The notes: generated by a model from the letters alone, not told the origin. Shown: positions 20,373 to 27,806, counted from the first letter of the stretch. The stretch: DNA of 64,000 nt from an uncultured virus (IMG/VR IMGVR_UViG_3300002220_006884) (IMGVR_UViG_3300002220_006884); one strand, 5' to 3'. A program made the numbers and translations.

Positions 20373-20780
20373 TTACTTACGTGAAAGAAATTTAAAAAAC
20401 CTAAAGCAAGTAGTGTAGATAATGGGAGCAGCTAAGAAAGCAAGTTCAAAATCAGACCAAAACTCTACTGTTGAAAGATAATAAAAAGTAAATCCAATTA
20501 CAATGAAGCCAAGAATATTCCTGATTTTTGCTGGCAGGATAGCTTTCACACTTTCTGTGCCATTGGATGTTACTGTTACAGAACCCAAGAAGATAACCAG
20601 AAGAATAAAGGTGATAATTGGATGGAAGGATGTGTAGTAAGCTGTCATAATAGAAGCTTGGTAACACATATAAAGAAACCAAACTACCATCATTAGTGTA
20701 ATAGCAAGGCCACCAAGGACAACAAATGGAACCATACGTGGAGAAACCTTGTAAGTCTTGTTAGCTTTAAGCTGAGTCAT
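20373..20780 (-). CDS. Integral membrane protein (about 4 TM)
   Basis: Four hydrophobic segments; AAGGA RBS. Confidence 0.65.
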   Translation of the reverse strand: MTQLKANKTYKVSPRMVPFVVLGGLAITLMMVVWFLYMCYQASIMTAYYTSFHPIITFILLVIFLGSVTVTSNGTESVKAILPAKIRNILGFIVIGFTFYYLSTVEFWSDFELAFLAAPIIYTTCFRFFKFLSRK

Positions 20781-20921
20781 GTATTATTCCTTTTGTTTGG
20801 ATAAATGAATTATAGCTTAAAAGTGTCTTGAGTGGTGATGTTTTTAGATTTTTTTCATGAAAAAAACATGTGAAAAATATCTACAAAAGAGTATAATAAA
20901 GCATTCACAAGGGGAAAGAAA

Positions 20922-21122
20922 ATGGAAAATTTCACAGGTTATGTTTCTCAAAAAAATTGGAAAGATAGCGATAAGTTGGTTGAATGTACAGTAGAATGTA
21001 ATATTGATGGAGCCAGGCACAAGGCTGTGGTAATGGCTCAAGATCCACTGGAAGCAATTCGTAACTGTCAAAAACATTTTCAATCTGTCACTTGGGAAAA
21101 GGTTGAAAAAATAAAAACTTAA
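20922..21122 (+). CDS. Small hypothetical protein (paralog of 20019..20228)
   Basis: Sequence similarity; own promoter and RBS. Confidence 0.65.
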   Translation: MENFTGYVSQKNWKDSDKLVECTVECNIDGARHKAVVMAQDPLEAIRNCQKHFQSVTWEKVEKIKT

Positions 21123-21140
21123 CCCAAAAAAAATTGGTTT

Positions 21141-21551
21141 TTGTTGTATAATAGAGCTATCCAAACAAAAGGAAGAATCCAAATGAGCATGAATCTTTAT
21201 ATTGAAGCAACTCGTAAAGCTTATGCCTTTAATGGCAAAGGAAAGAGGGTTTCTTTTAATGATCGTCGCAACTTTGATTGCTGGCAAACTCCTACCAAGG
21301 TTACTTATGATATTCTTGGTAAGAAGACAGAACAAGAAAAAGTAGATGCATATATTCAATGGGCTGATTCAGCATCAAAGCCATATGAAGATAATGTGTA
21401 TGATTTTGAAGCTGGTCCAGATGAAAATTTGGATTACCCTGTTATTGGTCGTAAAATGATCTATCCTGCCCAAGAACATGCAAATGCTCTTCGTGAGTTT
21501 CTAAGGGATTGTCATGAAGAAGGATTTAGTGTAAAATTCTACACACTTTAA
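21141..21551 (+). CDS. Hypothetical protein (paralog of 40022..40441); likely start 21183
   Basis: MSMNL...FD-x-WQTPT-x-VT...EEG-x-x-V-x-FY shared. Confidence 0.7.
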   Translation: MLYNRAIQTKGRIQMSMNLYIEATRKAYAFNGKGKRVSFNDRRNFDCWQTPTKVTYDILGKKTEQEKVDAYIQWADSASKPYEDNVYDFEAGPDENLDYPVIGRKMIYPAQEHANALREFLRDCHEEGFSVKFYTL

Positions 21552-21811
21552 TGATGTGAAAGTATAAGCCTGTTAGTAATAATAGGCTTATGTCAAATAA
21601 TTCAATCCAAGGAATCACAATGAAAAAACAAATGTTTTTCACAATGTTAATTGCTTCTTGTTTTCTAACTGCTTGCTCTTCAGGAACTCCTGAAGAAATT
21701 AAAAAGCAAAAAGAAGAATATGAGCAAAGGGAAAAGGCTCGTGAAGAAAAGCTAAACAATCCAGTTGTTAAAACCATTGGCGTTTTTGATGGCTGTGAAG
21801 TGAAGTTTTAT

Positions 21812-23911
21812 CCTCTAGCAACGAAAAACATCGCCCTTTAGGGCGGTGATGTAAGTTGCACAAACCTTTAGGTTTGGCATTACTAATTATAAATTAACTC
21901 AATATTTAATTGACAAATTTAATTTAATTAAGTAATCTATATTGATGAAGAAATTAAAGAAATCAATCGTTAAAATTAAAAACATTAACTTGTTTAAACC
22001 AGATGTTAAGTCATCACGTGTTACGATTGATTCAAGAGTTTGTAATGTTGATAAATTTAATGAATTTTTCGCTTTAATTGATAATACTAAAAACTATAAA
22101 AATACTATTTCTCAATATTGTTACGATAACCTATTATCTTTAGTTTCAGATTACAAGCCTTTTCTTACTCATTATAAATCCCTAGATAATTCTCAGCTAA
22201 ACTCTTGGGAAAGACAAACTATATTCCAGGAGATTGCAGGGCATTATTCTGAGACTACTACCAGATATTTAGATAAAGCTAAATTCATTGTTTCTAAGCC
22301 TAAATCTAATATCAATAATATAGCCCTATTCATTCATAATCAGTCTAGTTTAAAATTAACCAATAATATTTATGCTTTAGATTTTAATATTGAAGATAAT
22401 CTAATTCAACTTACTACTTATTTAGATAAATATAACCTTGAATTAAATCATAATAAAAACTTATTAGAGAATTTAGTTCAATCTAAAAAAGATAATTCAA
22501 CTGATGATATTAATAAAGAAATAAGTAAATTAGAAAGATTAATTAAATCCTACAATAAACTAATTGCTAACTATCATGAAATTCAACAGTTTAAAAGTAA
22601 TAAACCATTTATTTACAATAGATTAATTCAGTTAATCATTGATAAAAAGCTAAGGTTCATCAGCAAGGTTAAATTAGCCATTTATCAAACTGGAACCCAT
22701 GCTAGGCACTTAAATAATGCTCAATTATCCATTGTGAAAGATTTATCTAATAAAGATTATCAATATTTTATTAAAGTTAGAAAAGTATCAACTCTTTCTT
22801 CTAGAGAACCTAAGTTAAATAATAAAACTAAAGATAATTATCAAGAATTACTAGATAAATATAATGAAGATAATTTCATCTATCTACCATTAATATTTAA
22901 TCAATCAAGATTGAAATCTATAGGTAAAAGTATAGATAATGTATTAATTAAAGATAATCCACAAATATTGATTAAATCAGAACAATTAAGAAATAACTCT
23001 AAGAGCAGAAAAATCCATATAATCTTTAATTATGAATCTATCAACCCTTTAGCTAATACTATTGAATCTAGCATTAAAAATAAAGTTAATATTAATCCAA
23101 GCGAATTAAATACATTAGGTTGTGATTTAAATTTAAAACACAATTTAATAGCTGATTCTAAAGGTCACACTTATAAAGATATATTAAATAACAAGAATAA
23201 ATTTATTAATAATTTAAATGAAATTGTAGAACTATTCAGTATCAAAACAGAAGAAAGAACAGTTAAACAAAAATACCGTTATGAGAAATTACTACGTAGT
23301 AATGAAAGTTTATTGAAAACTTATTTATCTGGATTAATCAAGGATTGGAAAAACAGTAATATCTTACATTTAGTATTTGAAGATTTGAATATACTGAATG
23401 ATAAAAGTTATTATGAACATAAAGGTATAAAGATTAAATATTCTAGACTATCTAGACTATTGAGATTAGGACAGATAAAACATTGGGTAGCTAGTATGGC
23501 AGAAAAACAAGGTATTTTTACCCATTTTATCAATCCAGCTTATACCAGTCAGGAATGTTCAGTTTGTCATTACATATCAACAACAAATAGGACAAAGCAG
23601 GAAGAATTTATCTGTAAAAATCCAGCCTGTGCTAATCACAAAGTGAAGATAAATGCAGACAGTAATGCAGCTAGAGTAATTAAGAGTAGATTAATAAATA
23701 AAACCATAAGAAATAAGTTAGGCAAAGATAATGTTTATCAATGCAGCAGAACTAAATCAATAAACTATAAGTTAATTAAAAATATAGTTGAAGATGAGTA
23801 TAAAATAGGGGTCGTTACTGAACTTCTCCCCAATGCTAAATTAGCTAAATCAAAAGAAGATAGTGTGAGAAATCACACAGAAGCACCGTCCTTTAGGTCG
23901 GTGTGATTCAC
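21812..23911 (+). mobile_element. IS200/IS605-family (IS1341-like, tnpB-only) element, 2100 bp
   Basis: Left-end hairpin CATCGCCCTTTAGGGCGGTG, right-end hairpin CACCGTCCTTTAGGTCGGTG ending TTCAC, inserted 3' of TTTAT with no target duplication. Confidence 0.88.
21942..23906 (+). CDS. tnpB: TnpB-like RNA-guided RuvC endonuclease, unusually long (654 aa)
   Basis: RuvC-I LGCDLN, RuvC-II VFEDL, YTSQECSVC...CKNPAC zinc finger, RuvC-III NADSNAA. Confidence 0.88.
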   Translation: MMKKLKKSIVKIKNINLFKPDVKSSRVTIDSRVCNVDKFNEFFALIDNTKNYKNTISQYCYDNLLSLVSDYKPFLTHYKSLDNSQLNSWERQTIFQEIAGHYSETTTRYLDKAKFIVSKPKSNINNIALFIHNQSSLKLTNNIYALDFNIEDNLIQLTTYLDKYNLELNHNKNLLENLVQSKKDNSTDDINKEISKLERLIKSYNKLIANYHEIQQFKSNKPFIYNRLIQLIIDKKLRFISKVKLAIYQTGTHARHLNNAQLSIVKDLSNKDYQYFIKVRKVSTLSSREPKLNNKTKDNYQELLDKYNEDNFIYLPLIFNQSRLKSIGKSIDNVLIKDNPQILIKSEQLRNNSKSRKIHIIFNYESINPLANTIESSIKNKVNINPSELNTLGCDLNLKHNLIADSKGHTYKDILNNKNKFINNLNEIVELFSIKTEERTVKQKYRYEKLLRSNESLLKTYLSGLIKDWKNSNILHLVFEDLNILNDKSYYEHKGIKIKYSRLSRLLRLGQIKHWVASMAEKQGIFTHFINPAYTSQECSVCHYISTTNRTKQEEFICKNPACANHKVKINADSNAARVIKSRLINKTIRNKLGKDNVYQCSRTKSINYKLIKNIVEDEYKIGVVTELLPNAKLAKSKEDSVRNHTEAPSFRSV

Positions 23912-24221
23912 GAACGTGGCTATACTACAGAAAATTTTTACATTGCACGTTGTTCTAGCCAAAATTCCAAAACAAATACAACCACAAGTTTTAATAGGAC
24001 TGGTGGGAAGTATTCACGAGATGTTCCTGTGTTATCTATTACAGAAGAAGTTGATTCTATCAATAAAAATATTGAAGAATTAAATAAGAAAAAAATAGAA
24101 CTACTTCAAAAACAAAAAGAAGATATTGTGAACAATGCCAAGAAAAAGCTGACTAAGGAAGAAGCTGAAGCACTCGGTTTAAAATAAATTTCAATCATTG
24201 TTAATTAAGTTGGTGAAGGGT

Positions 24222-24920
24222 TTAAATTTTTAAACTTTTCACCTTATTTTCTTTTTCAGGTAATTTATCAAGAAGTTTTTTAGCTAGAATAGCTTTTTTT
24301 CTTTGTTGATAATTAGGAATGAACCACCAAGGTTTATAATTAGATTTTTCTGAAAATAAATCCTTCATATTATTTACCTTATAGATGTTCCAATTGGATA
24401 TATCCCCTTTAAATTTAGAGTTATAGAACATATTCTGAACATTTTTAATATTTTGGGTGTTCCAATTTGAAATATCTTGATTGAACTGAGAACTAAAAAA
24501 CATATAGCTTGCATCTTGAAGCTTAGATGTGTTCCAATTGGATATATTGTTATCAAATTTAGAATAATAAAACATGTTGCTCATATTGATAACATTAGAG
24601 ACGTTCCACTTGGATATATCTCCATTAAAGTGAGATTTACCAAACATGCCGTGCATATCAATGACATTAGAAGTATTCCATTGAGAAATATCACCTGTGA
24701 ATTTTGAATCATAAAACATATTCGCCATATTAATAACATTGGATGTATTCCAACGACTAATATCGCCATTAAAAAAAGTTTCATAAAAAAGAAAAGACAT
24801 ATCTTCAATTTTTGAAACATCAATATGATTCAAATCGCACTTAGAACCATTCTTATTTACTTCATTTTGAATAAGTTCTTTTAGATGTTTTTTATCAATA
24901 GCAATAATGGTAGTTTTCAT
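24222..24920 (-). CDS. DUF285/BspA-like repeat protein
   Basis: Repeated FNGDISxWNTSNVxxMxxMF units; ends KVKSLKI. Confidence 0.85.
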   Translation of the reverse strand: MKTTIIAIDKKHLKELIQNEVNKNGSKCDLNHIDVSKIEDMSFLFYETFFNGDISRWNTSNVINMANMFYDSKFTGDISQWNTSNVIDMHGMFGKSHFNGDISKWNVSNVINMSNMFYYSKFDNNISNWNTSKLQDASYMFFSSQFNQDISNWNTQNIKNVQNMFYNSKFKGDISNWNIYKVNNMKDLFSEKSNYKPWWFIPNYQQRKKAILAKKLLDKLPEKENKVKSLKI

Positions 24921-25045
24921 AATGGAGTTTAGTATTATAATTATTGTAGTAAAAAATTAAGTTGATTCAAAATATATCTAACTGCATGATTTATGTAAAT
25001 ATAGAGAGTAGATAAATAAAATAATAAAATTTTTTAAAAATAGTG

Positions 25046-25074
25046 TTGACAAAAAAAGAAACATGAGATAAGAT
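25046..25074 (+). promoter_or_regulatory. Sigma70-type promoter of the tRNA-array leader
   Basis: TTGACA-17 nt-TAAGAT. Confidence 0.75.
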
Positions 25075-25107
25075 ACAAGAACTGAATAAATTTTTAGGAA
25101 AAAAGAA

Positions 25108-25194
25108 ATGACACAAACAAACGTTTTATTAGGCTTAAGATTAAGAGGGATAAGAATATTATCTCCTGGCAGTCTTTTGTTAAATGAAATGTGA
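25108..25194 (+). CDS. Putative attenuator leader peptide, 28 aa (MTQTNVLLGLRLRGIRILSPGSLLLNEM)
   Basis: AGGA RBS; codons 7-18 are TTA TTA GGC TTA AGA TTA AGA GGG ATA AGA ATA TTA. Confidence 0.75.
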   Translation: MTQTNVLLGLRLRGIRILSPGSLLLNEM

Positions 25195-25266
25195 GTAGTG
25201 CAAAACTAAAAATAGCACGAAAGAATAAACAAAAGACAGTCAAATAAAAATGGCTGTCTTTTTTTT
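25168..25266 (+). terminator. Attenuator: antiterminator (25168-25181 with 25228-25241) versus intrinsic terminator (25231-25266)
   Basis: GGCAGTCTTTTGTT pairs 13/14 with AACAAAAGACAGTC, which alternatively pairs with GGCTGTCTTTT ahead of a T8 run. Confidence 0.75.
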
Positions 25267-25277
25267 GCTCTTTAAAA
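25266..25277 (+). promoter_or_regulatory. boxA-like antitermination site
   Basis: TGCTCTTTAAAA versus rrn boxA TGCTCTTTAACA; related copies near 25985, 27230 and 60894. Confidence 0.55.
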
Positions 25278-25379
25278 ATTTGTTAAGATTTATGATATAA
25301 TTTAAGTATTACTTTAATGTTTCAATGTAAGTTATTGAAAATAAAAGTAAAAAAGAATTAAGAAAAATGAAGAAAACAC

Positions 25380-25408
25380 TGTACAAATTAAAAAAGACGG
25401 TGTATAAT
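25380..25408 (+). promoter_or_regulatory. tRNA cluster promoter (TGTACA-17-TATAAT); same type at 25913, 27158 and 27763
   Basis: Same -35 variant and 17 nt spacing in four copies. Confidence 0.7.
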
Positions 25409-25455
25409 TCAAACATCAACTGGAGATGACCGAACCAGTAGATTAAAAGGTTGAT

Positions 25456-25532
25456 GCGAGGGTAGCTCAGTTGGTTAGAGCAAAGGACTCATAATCCTTG
25501 GGTCGCGGGTTCGAATCCCGCCCCTCGCACCA
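25456..25532 (+). tRNA. tRNA with CAT anticodon (Ile2 reading AUA, or elongator Met)
   Basis: Full cloverleaf, loop CTCATAA, encoded CCA. Confidence 0.9.
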
Positions 25533-25538
25533 TATATT

Positions 25539-25625
25539 GCCTTGGTGGTGAAATAGGTAGACACAAGAGACTTAAAATCTCTCGCTTTAAACGGCATGCC
25601 GGTTCGATTCCGGCCCAAGGCACCA
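25539..25625 (+). tRNA. tRNA-Leu(TAA)
   Basis: Class II cloverleaf, loop CTTAAAA, CCA; identical to 60923..61009. Confidence 0.95.
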
Positions 25626-25718
25626 TATTAAAATATATAAGTTATGTTCACGTGGAACATAGGTAACTGAAGGTGTCCTGAAGCTTGTATGTTTCAATAT
25701 GGTGTAGAATTTAGTAAA

Positions 25719-25786
25719 TGGACTTAACTTGATTTAATCGCAGAAAGTTGGCGAGTTAAGTGAAATAAACAACTGCTGTGAATTTT
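25719..25786 (+). ncRNA. Putative pseudoknot RNA, copy 1 (copy 2 at 28001..28067)
   Basis: Stem ACTTAACTTG/CGAGTTAAGT with compensatory changes in copy 2; loop GCAG..GTTG can pair with downstream CAACTGC. Confidence 0.55.
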
Positions 25787-25860
25787 GCGGGTAAGCTCAA
25801 GGTGAGACGCCAGCCTTCCAAGCTGTGCTGAGTGGAGTTCGATTCTCCCTACCCGCTCCA
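25787..25860 (+). tRNA. tRNA-Gly(TCC), atypical short D-arm
   Basis: Acceptor GCGGGTA/TACCCGC, U73, CCA, loop CTTCCAA. Confidence 0.75.
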
Positions 25861-25903
25861 AATTTAAGAGTTTTTGAAAAAGAATTTTTAAATTTGTAAA
25901 GTT

Positions 25904-26097
25904 AAAAAAAGCTGTACAAAGTGTAGAAGTTAGTATATAATCTCTACATGGTTGAGAAAGAAAGCGAAAGCAGAAATCTCAACAGTTCTTTTAAAATTGA
26001 AGATAATTAAAAGCCTTGGTGGTGAAATTGGTAGACACAAGAGACTTAAAATCTCTCGCTTAACGGCGTGCTGGTTCGATTCCAGTCCAAGGCACCA
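25904..26097 (+). repeat. About 195 bp direct repeat (promoter, leader hairpin, boxA, tRNA-Leu); second copy 27150..27342
   Basis: Near-identical sequence in both copies. Confidence 0.9.
26013..26097 (+). tRNA. tRNA-Leu(TAA)
   Basis: Class II cloverleaf, CCA; identical to 27258..27342. Confidence 0.95.
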
Positions 26098-26179
26098 AAT
26101 TAAAGCACATTGCCTTAACCTTAATTGGAGAGGTCGCAAGAACTAAATAGTGTGTTATAATTTGATATAAAGATTAATT

Positions 26180-26283
26180 CGGCCTATAGTTAAATGGATA
26201 TAACACGAGCCTTCTTAAGTATCTTTGGATAAAGGGTATTTAAGAAGCTTGTATTCCAAGTTCGATTCTTGGTGGGCCGACCA
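26180..26283 (+). tRNA. tRNA-Arg(TCT) with 29 nt insert (26216-26244) between positions 36 and 37
   Basis: Removing the insert gives CGAGC-CTTCTAA-GCTTG; normal D, T and acceptor arms, CCA. Confidence 0.8.
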
Positions 26284-26397
26284 AAACAAGTTCTAAGAAA
26301 TTAGAACAGCTAGTAGGATTGACTAGAAATTCAATCAAACTGTTTCAGAAGTCTTGAGTGAGAAACAGAATTAACTCTGATAGCTCTATGAGTTAAA
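26284..26397 (+). ncRNA. Four-hairpin RNA following the insert-bearing tRNA-Arg, copy 1
   Basis: Identical to 61309..61422; hairpins GTTCTAA/TTAGAAC, CTAGT/ACTAG, CTGTTTC/GAAACAG, TTAACTC/GAGTTAA. Confidence 0.6.
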
Positions 26398-26402
26398 TTT
26401 TT

Positions 26403-26476
26403 GCGGGATTAGTTTAATGGTAAAACAGCAGATTTCCAATCTTCGGTCATCAGTTCGATTCTGATATCCCGCTCCA
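26403..26476 (+). tRNA. tRNA-Gly(TCC)
   Basis: Cloverleaf, loop TTTCCAA, U73, CCA. Confidence 0.88.
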
Positions 26477-26521
26477 ACTTTAAGTGTTTTTAAAATAAGA
26501 ATTTTTAAAATTGGATTTAAT

Positions 26522-26606
26522 GCCTTTGTGGTGAAATTGGTAGACACGCCTGACTCAAAATCAGGTTCCGCAAGGAGTGACGGTTCGAGTCCGTCCAAAG
26601 GCACCA
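26522..26606 (+). tRNA. tRNA-Leu(CAA)
   Basis: Class II cloverleaf, loop CTCAAAA, CCA. Confidence 0.95.
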
Positions 26607-26741
26607 TATTGAAGTATGCCCATCGTGGACTCTGTGAAACTCAGATAGTATATAAGGCGGTTCCTGCAAGCCTTGCACTGAAAATGCTGAGTAAGGTGTA
26701 TTTCAATATGGTGATAAAATACTGCACCAAACAGTAGAATT

Positions 26742-26808
26742 AATATTGTGGGCCAGTTGGTAGGCTTTTGTTGGTAAATGTCGTGGGTTCAAATCCCATC
26801 AATAATTA
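26742..26808 (+). ncRNA. tRNA-like element lacking a proper anticodon arm and CCA
   Basis: D-arm GCC-AGTTGGTA-GGC and T-arm GTGGG-TTCAAAT-CCCAT. Confidence 0.45.
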
Positions 26809-26821
26809 ATTCATCATTATA

Positions 26822-26961
26822 GGTTATTAGTTATACAAACATGCAGTTACGAGTGGTTAGTATGAACCTAAGAAATGCTGCCTAATAAGTAATTGAAAAA
26901 TTACCGCTTGCGGGCGTAAGGTTAGGGTGCAGGTATGGATTACTAAATATAACTAATAATT
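26822..26961 (+). ncRNA. Stem-enclosed candidate ncRNA
   Basis: 14 bp closing stem GGTTATTAGTTATA/TATAACTAATAATT around a GC-richer non-coding core. Confidence 0.45.
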
Positions 26962-26963
26962 TT

Positions 26964-27150
26964 TAGTGCTTTTTAGGCTGGTTGCGGCAACAGTCAGAAG
27001 GTACTGAGATTTGGCTTCGGAATTGAGTAACTTTGCCGAGTGAAAAATGAAGATGTTGCATTCGTCTAGCGGAAGGACTCCCCCACACAAGGGGGAAACA
27101 TAGGTTCGAATCCTATATGCAAATTTCAAAGATCAGCCTAAAAAGCATTA
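26964..27150 (+). ncRNA. Stem-enclosed RNA containing a tRNA-like domain (about 27055-27123)
   Basis: 20 bp closing stem with 3 G-U pairs; inner D-arm, CCCCC-ACACAA-GGGGG arm, T-arm ATAGG-TTCGAAT-CCTAT, no CCA. Confidence 0.55.
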
Positions 27151-27257
27151 AAAAAGCTGTACAAAGTGTAGAAGTTAATATATAATCTCTACATGGTTGA
27201 GAAAGAAGCGAAAGCATAAATCTTAACAAGTTCTTTTAAAATTGAAGATAATCAAAA

Positions 27258-27342
27258 GCCTTGGTGGTGAAATTGGTAGACACAAGAGACTTAAAATCTC
27301 TCGCTTAACGGCGTGCTGGTTCGATTCCAGTCCAAGGCACCA
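27258..27342 (+). tRNA. tRNA-Leu(TAA)
   Basis: Class II cloverleaf, CCA. Confidence 0.95.
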
Positions 27343-27466
27343 TATTAAAAGGTATTAATACAACTGGCAGACTTGTTCGGAGAAAGTGAAATCCAGAAGA
27401 ACGTTTAATGCTTTTTAATATGGTTGAGAAATAACTATTCTCCCCATGCAGAATCATGATTCTGCT

Positions 27467-27560
27467 GGCTCATAGTGATGAAATAGGTAGACATAGGCCA
27501 GTAAAACGGTCGGGTGAAATAAACACACCGTAAGGGTTCAACTCCCTTCTAAATGAGTTA
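27467..27560 (+). pseudogene. Degenerate tRNA-Leu-like element
   Basis: Leu-type D-arm GTGATGAAATAGGTAGACA, long variable arm, T-arm AAGGG-TTCAACT-CCCTT; bulged acceptor, aberrant anticodon loop, no CCA. Confidence 0.5.
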
Positions 27561-27806
27561 TAATGGTTTAATGATTAAAGCAGTCAAATAGGTTGGTTGC
27601 CATAAGGTTGAAAATTGAGTGTTGATTCCACTTGAAATTCTTACTCCTTATGTACGGGTTCAAGTCCCGTAGTGTTTAAATAGAGTACATAGAATCAATA
27701 TCGTGGTAATCTCTAACTGTGCTGAAAGAATACAATTGAAGTAAGCAATCATTGAAAAAAGCTGTACAAAAGTAGAAAATTAAAGTATAATTCTCTCTGT
27801 AGTAAC

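Larger units (their letters stand above)
21620..24187 (+). pseudogene. Lipoprotein gene interrupted by the tnpB element (21620-21811 + 23912-24187 rejoin in frame, 155 aa)
   Basis: Lipobox LTAC; removing 21812-23911 gives ...CEVKFY|ERGYTTENFYIARC... with no frameshift. Confidence 0.85.

Noticed and set aside
21812..21941. IStron (group I intron fused to the IS)
   Set aside because: Only 130 nt precede tnpB and no group I core is recognisable; the in-frame length alone is not evidence
21942..23906. Cas12 effector of a CRISPR system
   Set aside because: No repeat-spacer array or cas genes in the window; it has IS200/IS605 ends and interrupts a gene
24222..24920. Nucleotide repeats of about 66 bp
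   Set aside because: Explained by DUF285 protein repeats
26216..26244. Group I intron or sequencing artefact in tRNA-Arg
   Set aside because: Far too short for group I, and it recurs with a changed loop in a second, different tRNA gene
25930..26737. ORFs 25930..26139, 25952..26146, 26386..26607 and 26528..26737
   Set aside because: They overlap clear tRNA genes and are translation shadows
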